In this document: positions 1 through 10,500 of the stretch, piece by piece
Layout of the letters: every line of letters begins with the position of its first letter
Position numbering within the stretch: position 1 is the stretch's first letter
Source of the DNA: Myxococcota bacterium
Lineage (GTDB): Bacteria > Myxococcota_A > SURF-8
Reading direction: 5' to 3'
Length of the DNA stretch: 64,000 nt
Assembly (NCBI GenBank): GCA_963674735.2
Contig: CAXXQS010000001.1
Span: 672,001-736,000, forward strand
Notes under the pieces: model-generated
What the model saw: the letters and a program-made list of their open reading frames with translations, nothing else
Told to the model about the DNA's origin: nothing
Databases searched by the model: none
Position numbers and translations under genes: made by a program

Positions 1-1508
1 GCCTGTTTGAAGATGTGAATCAGAGTGGATGGCATGGTCGGGGCATCGGCATAAAGCTCGGATACGGCTTCGATAAAGTGAGTGAGCTCCCCATAACCGA
101 GAAAGCCCCAGAGGGTTTGGCGACCCGGCGCGCCGATCGCGCGGTAAGGACCAAGTATTGGATTGCCGGATAAGAAAACTTCCAATCCGGCCGGGGAAGG
201 GACTTCTTCCTCAATGGTGCTGCCTAGAGCAAAGTGAGTGCGTAATCCATCACCGACGAGATCTTTTGGATGCCAGTCAGCCCAAGAACCTTTATAAGAA
301 AGTCCGGCCAGGGCCACCCGCACGTCGGTTCCTTGTAGCCAGGCTTCGGGGATAAGACTGTCATCCATACGACCTGTCACGCCTCCGACGCTGTCGTAGC
401 GGGCCAGTGGAGGTAATGGAACCAGCCAGTCGTTACCTGTCAGGCCGAGAAGTGTAACGATTCCATGCTCGGAACTCTCGATTTGGAGATCGCAACCCGA
501 AGAACAATTGATGCTGTCCAGACGATGTGCTCTATCGGTACCCAGGGGCATGGGGATACCGTTGACTTGGATTTCGGCGGTGGTGATAAGCTCGGATGTT
601 TGATCGTCGATTGCCAGTACGCGCAAGTTTGCAGGAGATACGGTCGTGTAATTGGTAACGGGTACGGTATCGAAAACGCGGGAGCATTGCCGGAGTTCCG
701 CGCGTATCTGGGTCACCCCGGCGTTGCTTCCACCGGTTATCAAACCGCGGTTGCTGACGACTTGTGCGACGCTGAAATCATCGCTTGACCAGTACAGGGA
801 GTCGGGGGCCAGATAGGAGATGCGTTGGCCGTCTCGATCGGTGAGAACGGCTTGGAGTTGCTGGCTGATACCACTGCGGATAATCATCAACGGCTCGACG
901 ATGGAAAGCGTGTAGCCGTTGCAAGGATCGGGGGGATAATCGCATGTTTCGCCGATGCAAACCGCTTCGCCCGGGCAATCTTGGTCGTTTATGCAACGCG
1001 GTGCGATGCAGTGGCAGCCATCGCATTGGTAGGGGGCTGGACAATCGGTATTCCGCACGCAGCCGCACATGCGACACAAGTAAAGCGTTGGGTCGCAGGG
1101 ACAGTCATCCGGACATTCGCTGCTGTCTCGACAAGGAGCATCGCAGGCCAAGCCATCGATCGGTTCATTAGCATCCATGTCGCCGTCAATGTCACCGTCC
1201 ATCGGTTCGTTGTCGCCGTTATAAATGCACAAATTCCGTGTAAAATCACAATGATAACCAATCAAGCAGTCATCGTGGGAGGTGCAGGTGGGTTCCTCGG
1301 GGTCGAGGCATTGCCCCTCGACGCAGATTTTGTTGTTGTCGCAATCGGAATTGTCGGAGCATTGGGTTTTGTCGCCATCACCGGAATCGCCGGTTTCAAA
1401 CTTGAGAGTCGTGTTGCCGTCTGAGCATGCCGAGAAGATGAACAGCAAGGAAAGCAGGCTGAAAAGACGAACTCGTTTCAAAGTCGATCCGAGAACAAAA
1501 GACGACAT
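1..1508 (-). CDS. Cys-rich, Ig-like domain lipoprotein, paralog 1 (partial, runs off the window start)
   Basis: Not in the ORF track because there is no stop in the window. Manual translation from ATG 1508 (AAGGAGG RBS at 1514-1520) gives MSSFVLGSTLKRVRLFSLLSLLFIFSAC (lipobox), DGD motifs, CxxxxDC repeats, then WSSDDFSVAQVVSNRGLITGGSNAG (Ig-like) and CSSGCDLQI..GRQTLWGFLGY, which match the next two genes. Confidence 0.85.
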   Translation of the reverse strand, partial: MSSFVLGSTLKRVRLFSLLSLLFIFSACSDGNTTLKFETGDSGDGDKTQCSDNSDCDNNKICVEGQCLDPEEPTCTSHDDCLIGYHCDFTRNLCIYNGDNEPMDGDIDGDMDANEPIDGLACDAPCRDSSECPDDCPCDPTLYLCRMCGCVRNTDCPAPYQCDGCHCIAPRCINDQDCPGEAVCIGETCDYPPDPCNGYTLSIVEPLMIIRSGISQQLQAVLTDRDGQRISYLAPDSLYWSSDDFSVAQVVSNRGLITGGSNAGVTQIRAELRQCSRVFDTVPVTNYTTVSPANLRVLAIDDQTSELITTAEIQVNGIPMPLGTDRAHRLDSINCSSGCDLQIESSEHGIVTLLGLTGNDWLVPLPPLARYDSVGGVTGRMDDSLIPEAWLQGTDVRVALAGLSYKGSWADWHPKDLVGDGLRTHFALGSTIEEEVPSPAGLEVFLSGNPILGPYRAIGAPGRQTLWGFLGYGELTHFIEAVSELYADAPTMPSTLIHIFKQ

Positions 1509-1610
1509 GACGACCTCCTTCAGACCTGGAAATTCCGGCACGGAAACACGGCCCGATAACGCGGGGAGTGTTCTCAACAATCGAGATGTGGCGATTCGGT
1601 AAGATGTCTT

Positions 1611-1639
1611 ATTTTAATGAACGTCGCTTAAGCTGTCAA
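1611..1639 (-). promoter_or_regulatory. sigma70-type promoter for paralog 1
   Basis: Minus strand reads TTGACA-N17-TAAAAT, about 100 nt upstream of ATG 1508. Confidence 0.7.
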
Positions 1640-1707
1640 CAAATAACTACGCATACGATGCGTGAAAGGGACAGGTGAGTCAATCGCTGAAAATACGGAT
1701 TTTACAC

Positions 1708-1738
1708 AAAAAAACACCCCCCGCCGAAGCGGGGGGTG
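1708..1738 (-). terminator. Rho-independent terminator after paralog 2
   Basis: 10-bp stem CACCCCCCGC/GCGGGGGGTG, UUCG loop on the minus strand, followed by a 7-U tract. Confidence 0.9.
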
Positions 1739-1770
1739 CGAGGTGTCAGAAGCCTAAACCGATAGTCGGC

Positions 1771-4065
1771 TTAGTCGTCAACGGCATGCATGGAGAACGC
1801 GCTGGTGTAGTCGTTCATCATGGTGGTGTTGATACCGTTGAACTCGAACAGGTCGTCGTAGCTCACGCCGTCCAGTTTGATACCCTGGACCAAGGAGGCG
1901 GACGAAATGTTCACGCCGCGGTTGTCGGTGACTTCCGCCGGTTGATCGAAGTCGAAGCCGCCCTCGTCGTTCGGCCAATAGATGTGCCAGAACTTGACTT
2001 TGGTGGCGTCGTCCGTGTCGTTGCGGATCACGATGCGATGGAAGCTGACATCATCACTGAGCGCGGTGGCGGTGACGGCCAGGTTTTTGGTGGCTGCGGT
2101 GTAAGTATAGTCCGCGTCGCTCATGAAGTCGACGAAGGCCGGCATGGTGACGGATTCAGGCGAGGAGCTGCTCTTCGCCAGGACACCCGACAGGTCGATG
2201 GACATTTCTTCTTTAAGGCTGATGTCGCCAAGCAGACTGTCCAGGGACAGGGCGATACCGAGGAAGTAGTACTCGTAACCCGACAGACCGCTGTGCTGCG
2301 GCGCGAAGGGAACCATGATTTTGCCGTCGTTGTCTTCACCCACTTTGCAGTCGGCGGTGTCGGTACCGGTACGCTTGTCCAGACCCGCAGTGAGGCCCAG
2401 AGGCACGAAGCCGATGCCGCTCTGATTGGCACCCGCCAAGACGATGACGGAGTCGGCGCAGCTGTCGCCGTAATCAGGCAGATTGGCGAAGGTCAGCTCG
2501 GTGCGCTGAGTTTGCGACTGGTTCAGTTTCATGTCGCTGCCGATGTCGGTGAAGTTGGCATAGTCCGGAACCAGGTCGTCGGTGTTGCCGTCGCCGTTGA
2601 GGTCGTCGGCATCGGCGACTTTGGCGATGGCCTGCAGGTCGAAGCCCGGCACGATACCATGATAGAAGCTCTCGAACAGCGGCAGAATCGCGCCCAAGAT
2701 GGCGGCGACGTCGATTTCGTCACCCAGGTTCTGAGTCACGATCTGGATCAGGTCGGCCAGTTTGGCATAACCGCCGAGGCCCCACAGAGTGGCTTTGCCA
2801 GCGACGGCTTCAGCCGAGAAGCCTTCTTTGATCGGGTCGTCCATCAGGTAGCCTTCGAGGCCGCCCGGCAGGGGGATGTTGTCGTCGAGAACCGTACCGA
2901 TCTGCACGTGGGTTTCTTTCATCGTGCCGATCAGGGCTTCGAAGTTCAGGTCGGCCAGGTTGCCGGGGATCGAGAAGCTGGTGAAGCCGAGGCGTACGTC
3001 GTTGTTGCCGACGACCGCTTCGGGGATGGGGCTGGGATCCTGGGCGCCCAAGACGCCGGCGGCCACGGTGTTGTCGCCGTTCGCCGACAGCGGCACGATC
3101 ATGTCTTGCACGGTCAGGCCCATGGCCGACACGTAGGTGTAATCAGCATGGAAAACGTGCATGTCACAGCCACCCGAGCAATCGGTGCTGGCGAAGTTGG
3201 CTACACCGTCGACGGTGTCGACAGCGGTGCCGTCCAAGAACACTTTGGCGCCGGAGAGCAGCTCGCCGGTTTTGTCGTTGAACACCACGACGCGGGCATC
3301 ACCGGCGGTGACGGTCGGGAAGTTCTGGTAGGTGACGGTCGTGTTGACCGCGGTTTTGCAGGTCAGGGTGGCGGTGATGGTGGAGCTACCCGCGGTGTCG
3401 CCACCGGTCAGCACGCCATCGCTGGCGCCAACGGCCACGGCCGCCGGAAGGCTGGAGCCCCAGCTGAACAGAGAATCGCCCACCAACTCGAGCTTCGCGC
3501 CATTGGCGTTGAAGACGGTGGCGGACAGGGTGAGGGTTTCGCCCTGGCGAATCAAACCATTACCTTGGTTGATCTGGATGCTCGTGGCATTGTCGCAGCT
3601 CGGGGCTTGTTCGCAGCCACCGGCCAAGCAAACGAAACCGGTCGGGCAGTCGCCGTTTTCGGTGCAAACGATCGGGTAGCACAGGGCGTCGACCGGATCA
3701 CACTCGAAGTTGGCGCCGTAGGTGGCGCAATCGGCGGTGGTGTTGCATTCGGCTTCTTTGCAAAGGAACAGTTCGTCGTGGCAGGCAAAGCCGTCGCAGC
3801 AGTCTTCATTGGTCTTGCAGGGGGTGTCTTCTTCGCAGGGAACATCGCCATCGGAATCGTCGCCGTCGGAATCACCGTCGGGATCGTCGCCATCGGAATC
3901 GCCGTCGGGACCGTCGCCGTCGGGATCGTCGCCGTCGGGATCGTCGCCGTCGGGATTGTCACCGTCGGGATTGTCGCCGTCGGCAGAGCTGTCATCGCCG
4001 CCGCATCCGGCGAAGACGACCATCGCTAGCAGAACTAGCATAAAGAACAATACGCTTCTCTTCAT
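1771..4065 (-). CDS. Cys-rich, Ig-like domain lipoprotein, paralog 2 (764 aa)
   Basis: Signal peptide with lipobox FAGC, DGD repeats, CxxxxDC modules, Big_2-like segment (WGSSLPAAVAVGASDGVLTGG), carboxypeptidase-regulatory-like segment (GELLSGAKV), DLNGDGNTDD Ca-binding-type loop; RBS AAGGAGGAG. Confidence 0.9.
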   Translation of the reverse strand: MKRSVLFFMLVLLAMVVFAGCGGDDSSADGDNPDGDNPDGDDPDGDDPDGDGPDGDSDGDDPDGDSDGDDSDGDVPCEEDTPCKTNEDCCDGFACHDELFLCKEAECNTTADCATYGANFECDPVDALCYPIVCTENGDCPTGFVCLAGGCEQAPSCDNATSIQINQGNGLIRQGETLTLSATVFNANGAKLELVGDSLFSWGSSLPAAVAVGASDGVLTGGDTAGSSTITATLTCKTAVNTTVTYQNFPTVTAGDARVVVFNDKTGELLSGAKVFLDGTAVDTVDGVANFASTDCSGGCDMHVFHADYTYVSAMGLTVQDMIVPLSANGDNTVAAGVLGAQDPSPIPEAVVGNNDVRLGFTSFSIPGNLADLNFEALIGTMKETHVQIGTVLDDNIPLPGGLEGYLMDDPIKEGFSAEAVAGKATLWGLGGYAKLADLIQIVTQNLGDEIDVAAILGAILPLFESFYHGIVPGFDLQAIAKVADADDLNGDGNTDDLVPDYANFTDIGSDMKLNQSQTQRTELTFANLPDYGDSCADSVIVLAGANQSGIGFVPLGLTAGLDKRTGTDTADCKVGEDNDGKIMVPFAPQHSGLSGYEYYFLGIALSLDSLLGDISLKEEMSIDLSGVLAKSSSSPESVTMPAFVDFMSDADYTYTAATKNLAVTATALSDDVSFHRIVIRNDTDDATKVKFWHIYWPNDEGGFDFDQPAEVTDNRGVNISSASLVQGIKLDGVSYDDLFEFNGINTTMMNDYTSAFSMHAVDD
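3844..3981 (-). repeat. Coding tandem repeat of mainly 15-nt units encoding DGD-x-P/S
   Basis: DGDNP DGDNP DGDDP DGDDP DGDGP DGDS DGDDP DGDS DGDDS DGDV; plus-strand unit resembles TCGCCGTCGGGATCG. Confidence 0.95.
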
Positions 4066-4193
4066 GGGAACTCCTCCTTAATTGATGTTGGTCCTCATCT
4101 TTGTTTGGTTATGGATCTTCCTTCCGAACCCAAACCCAACCTCTTTTCGGTTTCTGCGTCCCTATTTCCTATAATTCGCCTCTTAACTAAGGA

Positions 4194-4210
4194 ATTTGCA
4201 TACTGCAAAT
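4194..4210. promoter_or_regulatory. Perfect 7-3-7 inverted repeat (candidate operator) upstream of paralog 2
   Basis: ATTTGCA-TAC-TGCAAAT overlaps the -10 of a possible minus-strand TTGACT-N17-TATGCA promoter. Confidence 0.4.
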
Positions 4211-4313
4211 GGGCCGCAAAGTCAAGTCAATTAGTCCTTTCAAAGAACGCGAAGTGCTTAAATTACAAATAATTAGTCAAAATTAAGAGTTCCTAATAAA
4301 AATACTGAAGCGA

Positions 4314-6665
4314 CTATTGAGCCGACCTGATCGCATAAGTTGAAAAACGTGTGAAATACCGGTCTATTGTAGCGAGACTAACCTGATTGAAGCCCGCAAA
4401 GTGATCCAGCGATTGATTCGGCTGCATATCCAGCGCCGTGACGCTCAAATGTCCATCCAAAACGTCTTCCAAAGGAGGCTGGGGCAGGTTGATTACCACT
4501 GTATCCCTCTCCGTATCCGGAGTTTCGATGTAAATTTCCCATTGTCGGCCGTTTGCAATTACCCGCAGACGGTGAATGGGAGCGCCTTCCACCGGAATGA
4601 ATTCCAATCGCCGTTCGTCGGTGGTCATGGCGGCATATGTGGGCAAGGCGAGAAAGTCGCCGAACTCGAGTTCTTCCGACTGCCCGTCGTAATCGGCCAC
4701 GATAGCCGAGTAGGATAGCGCGCAATTCTCGGTGGGGAAGAGATCGGCGAATTCCAAGGCGTAGGCGATGGCGGTATACTCGTTTGTCAAACCTCCATAA
4801 TAGGGGGTGAATGGCGTCCACAAATCGCCGCCCATCCCCACTGAAGGTTTATCGAGATGACCGTTTTGAGAGATTTGCTTCATTGCCAACCCAACCGGAA
4901 TGAAAGCTTGTTCCGATGAGAGCAACCGCGATCCGAGGATCGTGAAAACGCCTCCCACCGGTTTGAGATTCATCAGGGGCAATCGCCCGAGGCGCGCCTT
5001 GACTCGCTGATTCATCGGATGAGAAAGCTTCAATTCATCTCCGATACTGAGAAATCCCGCATAATCGGGGACGAAATCGTCAGTCGTGTTGTCTCCGTTG
5101 ATGTCGATCTGATTGGAAGGCTGAGTGTCGCCATTGCCATTATCGGTTAGCATCGGCAGGCTTTCGACCTGAATTCCGGATAATATACCGTGAAAATATT
5201 GGGCCGAGTTGGTGAGTGCCGTAACCACAAAGGCTCCCATGTTCGTCCAGCCATCGTAGATGCTATCGACCACCAAGCTCATATAATCGGTTGCATTGAG
5301 GAATCCACCCAGTCCCCATGCGGCCGGGCTGGACGACGAGCCGGTGGCGTAAATAAGTGTGTTCTCGTCGCCTGCGATGGGATGTAAGCGGATGTTGGCG
5401 GGGAGACTGAGCTGATCGTGGAAAGGTCCGCGCACCGCCGCCGGTTGTAGAAGCGTCGGGCTGAATAAACCGCCGGGAAGCAGGTCGAGCAGGCTGGCGG
5501 TGTAGGCCAGCCCCAAAAGCGACACGAAACCGCTTCGTTGCAGGATTTCGGGGGTTTGTGAAAGATCCGGTGTGCCTTTGATTCCAGCTTTTTGATGAGG
5601 ACCGTCAAAGGGTAGCAACGGCAGCAGCAGGTCTGATTCGGTTAGGTTGATCAGGCTGAGGTAGTGGTAATCCGGATGAAAAACATGAACGCGGTAAGGA
5701 GGCTCCACGTTTTCGAATAAAGCCACTCCGGCGTTGATGTCCTCTGCCGTCAATCGGCTCACGCCATTGACTTCCACCGTTGCACCGCCTACCAGACTGC
5801 CTGAATGTTGTTCAACCAGGATAACCCGCAAACCTTCGTCGATCTGGGCGAAGTTCTGAACCGAAAGCGACACCGACAGTTCGATCCCGGAACAGGCGTC
5901 ATTTTCGAACGCCAGCCGGGCCAGTACGGTGGTGGTACCTGAGATGGGTCCTCCGAGCAGAATGACATTTCCACCGTTTTCCGTAATAATGCTGACCACG
6001 TCGGAGTTCAGCGACCGCCATTCGACCGAAGCCTGGATGGCGGCCAGTTCGGGAAGCGCGGTCCCGGCCGCATCGATGGCGCGGGCCACAACCTGCATAT
6101 GTTGTCCGGTTCGGGTGATCAGCGTACCCGATTCCACGATCAAGTCGGAAAGAGCGGCACATGCCGGGTAGGGCATACAAAAGCCGGTCGTGCAGTAGTG
6201 ACCATCCGGGCATATCTCGTTCCCTGCGCAGGGAATGGGCAGGCACAGACCGCTATCCGAGCAGGTGGAAGCGATCCCGTATTGACCGACGCAGTCCGCC
6301 TGCATCGCGCATTCTTCTGTGCGGCAAACAAAATTGTAAGGATCGCAAGCTGTTGTGGAAGGGCACTCGGCATTTGCTGTGCAGGCGATCGTTTCCTGGA
6401 TGTCGTTGGGAGGCTCGGGGTCGCCATCCATATCGCCATCGGAAGCCGTTGCGGTATCGCCATCCGAAATTGGCGAATCGTTGTTTTCTTGAATGGCGTT
6501 TTCCGAATCGCAGCCCATCAGCCCCGGAAAGACGACGAAAAGAATAAGGATGAAGATAAAATAAAAACCGGATGCAACACGCGAAATGAGCCGGGTGTGC
6601 TCGGATGTGGTTGGCCGGTAAACATGCATGGGTGTAGTACGAATCCTTTCGCCGATTGAGCGCAT
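4314..6665 (-). CDS. Cys-rich, Ig-like domain lipoprotein, paralog 3 (up to 783 aa; start uncertain)
   Basis: Hydrophobic stretch plus LMGC lipobox, DGD motifs, Cys modules. Shares HVFHPDY, AWGLGG, YFHGI, DINGDNTTDDFVPDYA and FIPVGL blocks with paralog 2. Confidence 0.88.
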   Translation of the reverse strand: MRSIGERIRTTPMHVYRPTTSEHTRLISRVASGFYFIFILILFVVFPGLMGCDSENAIQENNDSPISDGDTATASDGDMDGDPEPPNDIQETIACTANAECPSTTACDPYNFVCRTEECAMQADCVGQYGIASTCSDSGLCLPIPCAGNEICPDGHYCTTGFCMPYPACAALSDLIVESGTLITRTGQHMQVVARAIDAAGTALPELAAIQASVEWRSLNSDVVSIITENGGNVILLGGPISGTTTVLARLAFENDACSGIELSVSLSVQNFAQIDEGLRVILVEQHSGSLVGGATVEVNGVSRLTAEDINAGVALFENVEPPYRVHVFHPDYHYLSLINLTESDLLLPLLPFDGPHQKAGIKGTPDLSQTPEILQRSGFVSLLGLAYTASLLDLLPGGLFSPTLLQPAAVRGPFHDQLSLPANIRLHPIAGDENTLIYATGSSSSPAAWGLGGFLNATDYMSLVVDSIYDGWTNMGAFVVTALTNSAQYFHGILSGIQVESLPMLTDNGNGDTQPSNQIDINGDNTTDDFVPDYAGFLSIGDELKLSHPMNQRVKARLGRLPLMNLKPVGGVFTILGSRLLSSEQAFIPVGLAMKQISQNGHLDKPSVGMGGDLWTPFTPYYGGLTNEYTAIAYALEFADLFPTENCALSYSAIVADYDGQSEELEFGDFLALPTYAAMTTDERRLEFIPVEGAPIHRLRVIANGRQWEIYIETPDTERDTVVINLPQPPLEDVLDGHLSVTALDMQPNQSLDHFAGFNQVSLATIDRYFTRFSTYAIRSAQ

Positions 6666-6960
6666 GGATTAAAGGCGTCTCAAAGAAACAAGCAAGAATT
6701 GTACCCTATGCGACAAAGACGAAAAAGACAAGTAATATTAGGCACTACTGGAGACTGCCGGAATGGGCGCAGCGGCGAGAGGGGGGGAGGTCGCGACATC
6801 AATGTCCTACCTGTCAAGTGAAACGTCACGGTGAGAAAATGGTGTATCCGTCATGTATGCTCTTTTTGGTTGTGTAATACTGGTGCTTCGTTTACAATTC
6901 TGGTGTAGGCTAGCGGAAAGATTGGATTCTTAGCCGGTTTCATTCGCGCAGGAGGAAGCA

Positions 6961-7440
6961 ATGGCGGTTCGATGTGGCTGTCAGGTTGTACCGAAGGCGC
7001 AGTGGCATAAACAGCGATTTTCATTTGAGGGCCGCTCATTCTATCGTACTAAAATCATGCAACTCTTTCATAATCCGATCGGATTTCGAAAAGGGATTGA
7101 AAAACTCAGACAAGAAATCGGAATCAAAGAATACCGTTTTGCCGAGAGCAATATGGTTCTACTGAAGGACGGGCTGTTCTCCGGAAAACTGATGATCGAA
7201 ATCATCAAGCCACGTTTTTTCGACCCGAGTATCTACACGTTCGATAAAACAACCTTGCACTCGTTCGTCACTGAGGAACCCTTCGATACTTTGCAGGAAG
7301 AGACCGCTCGTTTCCGAAAAAGGCTGGACGCCCAGGTCAACTCAATCGACAACATCTATTTTTGGCAGACCACCTGTCCGGAATGCGCCAACATTCAAGG
7401 ATATCAGACCGTCATTTTCTTCGAAGAGAGCGAAAGCTGA
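6961..7440 (+). CDS. Small conserved hypothetical protein with N-terminal CxC and C-terminal TTCPEC motif
   Basis: GGAGGA RBS. The C-terminus IYFWQTTCPECA..GYQTVIF resembles the family of small proteins annotated as 'hydrolase' (Bact_hydrolase-like). Confidence 0.65.
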   Translation: MAVRCGCQVVPKAQWHKQRFSFEGRSFYRTKIMQLFHNPIGFRKGIEKLRQEIGIKEYRFAESNMVLLKDGLFSGKLMIEIIKPRFFDPSIYTFDKTTLHSFVTEEPFDTLQEETARFRKRLDAQVNSIDNIYFWQTTCPECANIQGYQTVIFFEESES

Positions 7441-7599
7441 AACGAATCGCGCAAAGGGCGCATTGAACGCATTTCCCCCTGGACAAAACACCCCTGAATT
7501 CGGTAGCCTAACGAGGTTGAACGCCGGAGTTATGTGAGGAAACCGGCGCGTGCGGGCCCTAACAAATCGGATGGCGGATCGTTCAGGAGTGAGAAGGAC

Positions 7600-10500
7600 A
7601 TGTGGAAGAACCGGTGCGAAACGATATGGACGGTGGTCGGGCTCTTGACGGCGGTGCTGCTGATCGTCGGGTGCGGGGAGGCCGGAAGTGAGCTGGACGG
7701 CGATGGGGATTGTAGCGAACTTGCCTGCGGTTCCCATGGGCATTGTGTCGAAGGCGCCGGAGGCGCGGCTTGTGTGTGCGATGAAGGTTACGAGGGAACC
7801 CTCTGCGATCGTTGTGCCGAAGGGTTTCATTGGGAAGGTGACTATTGCATGCCCGGCGGTGCGTGCGACGACGACCCCTGCATCCACGGTCTTTGCGTCG
7901 ATAACAGCGGACGTGCGGAGTGTGTGTGCGATGAGGGGTATGACGGCGATTGGTGCGAGACTTGTGCGCCGGGTTATGTCCCGGATGGCCTGCTCTGTGT
8001 GCCTGCCTCGGCCTGCGATCCCAATCCCTGTATCCACGGCGTCTGTCGCATCGGCGACGACGGGCCGGAGTGTCTGTGCGATACGGGATATGCCGGTGAA
8101 TTCTGTGATGAATGCGCCCCGAGTTATGTTGAGGATGATGGCGAGTGCGTTCCCGATACGGAAAATGCCTGTCTTCCCAATCCTTGTACCGAAAGTCACC
8201 GTAGTCGTTGCATAACCGATGGCGAGGGTTATCGGTGCGATTGCGATGACGGATATTATGACGACAACGGGGTCTGTGTCGAGGGCGCCGGTCCGTGTTT
8301 GCCCAATCCGTGTGAAGAACCCAATCGCGGGGTATGCGAACCGGCTGGCGAGGATAGCTTCGTGTGCCGCTGTGATGTCGGTTATCACGAGGAAAACGGC
8401 GAGTGTGTCGAATCCAGCGCCTGCGAGCCGAATCCCTGCAACATCGTCAACCGGACCATCTGCGTGGAAGCCCAGGACGGCCACGAGTGTTTGTGCGATC
8501 CCAACTATCACCTGGAGGTCGACCTGTGTGTGGCGGACGATGCCTGCCACCCCAATCCCTGCGAGGATCCGAATCGCACCTGGTGTGTCGAGACGCCCGG
8601 CACCTACGATTGCCAATGCGACCCCGGTTATCACGATGATGCCGGTAGTTGCGCGGAGGATACCGTTTGCAACCCGGTTACGACCTGTACGGGACGCGGT
8701 GCCTGCACCGGAAATGGATTGGAATGTGCTTGTGGTGAAGGGTATGCCGGCGATCACTGTGAAATCTGTGACGATGGTTATTACGAATCGAATAACCACA
8801 TCTGCATGTTGCGTACGCCCTGCCAACCCAATCCCTGCAACATCGTTCACACAACCGACTGCCGGGTGGTCGGGGATGATGGTTATGAATGCGGATGTGA
8901 TGACGGATATCAGGATGTCGATGACAACGATACCTGTTTACCGGATTGTTCGACGGCCGCGCTGGATTGCGGGGCTTTCGGCGGCTGCGAAATCGTCGCC
9001 GGAATGGCGAGTTGCGTCTGCGAGCAGGGTTTCGGTGGCACGGCTTGCGATATTCGCGGCTGCACGACGGAAATCGTTTATCGCGACACAAGCGGGACCA
9101 TCCAAAATCTATACATTCGAGGCGAGTTCAACGGCTGGGGCGAGCAGGACAAGATGACGAAAGACGGCGATACCTTCCACATCGTGCTCGATCTGTCGCC
9201 GGGAGATTATGCCTATAAATTCTGGGACAAAGATCACGATACCTGGTTCCGTGACGAGCAGAACCCGTACACCATGTGGGTCGGCGATAGCCGGAACTCG
9301 CGCTTGCGCGTGTTCGATTGCGATGAACCGATGCTCGTTTTATCGGATGAACCGGTTGTGGGGGCAGACTCCATTTCCTTCGATGTGCAATTTATTCGTG
9401 GCAATGGACGAGATGCGCTCGATTCCTCTTCCGTGACCGTCACTCGCAGCGGGGCTTCCTACAGTGCGACTTACGACGAAGCGACTCGCCGTTTTTCCGT
9501 GCGCGATACCAGCCTCGATCCGGGCAAGTATGGTTATTTGTTCAAGGCGGCCGATACGGCGGGACATCCGGCCCGGCCCTTGTTCGCTCCTTTGTGGGTT
9601 GAAAATACGGACTTCGACTGGCGTGACGGTATTATTTATTTCACCATGACCGATCGTTTCAAAAACGGCGATGCCGGAAACGATCAGACCGCCGGGGTGG
9701 AGTGGGCCGCCGAATGGCAGGGAGGCGATTTCGCGGGGATTATCGACAAATTGGAAGACGGCTACTTCGAGAGCCTGGGCGTCAACGTTTTGTGGATTTC
9801 CTCTATCAGCGAAAATACGCCGGGTACGGGTGCGGGAATGAGTGACGGCCACATGTATTCGGGTTATCACAGCTACTGGCCGATCAGCAGCGGTTGGACC
9901 GACGACAACCCGCTTGCGGGTGTCGAACCGGTCGATCCGCATTTTGGCGATTTGGACGAATTTCGTGAGTTGGTCGAGGCGGCGCACGCACGCGGGATTC
10001 GCGTCCTGGTCGATTTTGTGGCCAACCACGTGCATGCCAGTCACCCGTTTTATGTCGATCATCAAAACGACGGTTGGTTCCATATGCCGCCGCGTATGTG
10101 TGGCGACAGCACGGGAGGGCAGTCCAATTGGGATGTGATTCCCATCGAATGCTGGTTCACCGACTATTTGCCGGATTTGGAGTACAAAAGCCTGGATGTC
10201 ACCAAGGCCATGACGGATCATGCGGTGTGGCTGGTACAGGAAACCAACATCGACGGTTTTCGCATGGATGCCGTGAAACATATGATCCATGATATCGGTT
10301 GGACGCTACGTGCGCGTATCGACGAAGAAGTGGATACGACCGGCGACACACGTTTTTACATGGTGGGTGAAACATTTACCGGCGAGGGACAGGAAGACTT
10401 GATTCTTGCCTACATTGGCGAGGACGAGTTGGACGGCCAATTCGATTTCCCGCTGTATTGGAATGTCATGGCGGCTTTCCTGCACGAGTCGCGTGATTTA

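Noticed and set aside
3844-3981. Short tandem repeats as a CRISPR array
   Set aside because: In-frame coding repeats with no unique spacers and no cas genes.
1675-4029. 784-aa plus-strand ORF
   Set aside because: Antisense shadow of the codon-biased lipoprotein gene; it starts inside the terminator region and has no motifs.
7342-8850. 502-aa minus-strand ORF
   Set aside because: Antisense to the EGF array of the GH13 gene.
7711-9048. EGF repeats as eukaryotic contamination or misassembly
   Set aside because: They are in frame between a bacterial lipobox and a GH13 domain, have no introns, and recur in neighbouring operon genes.
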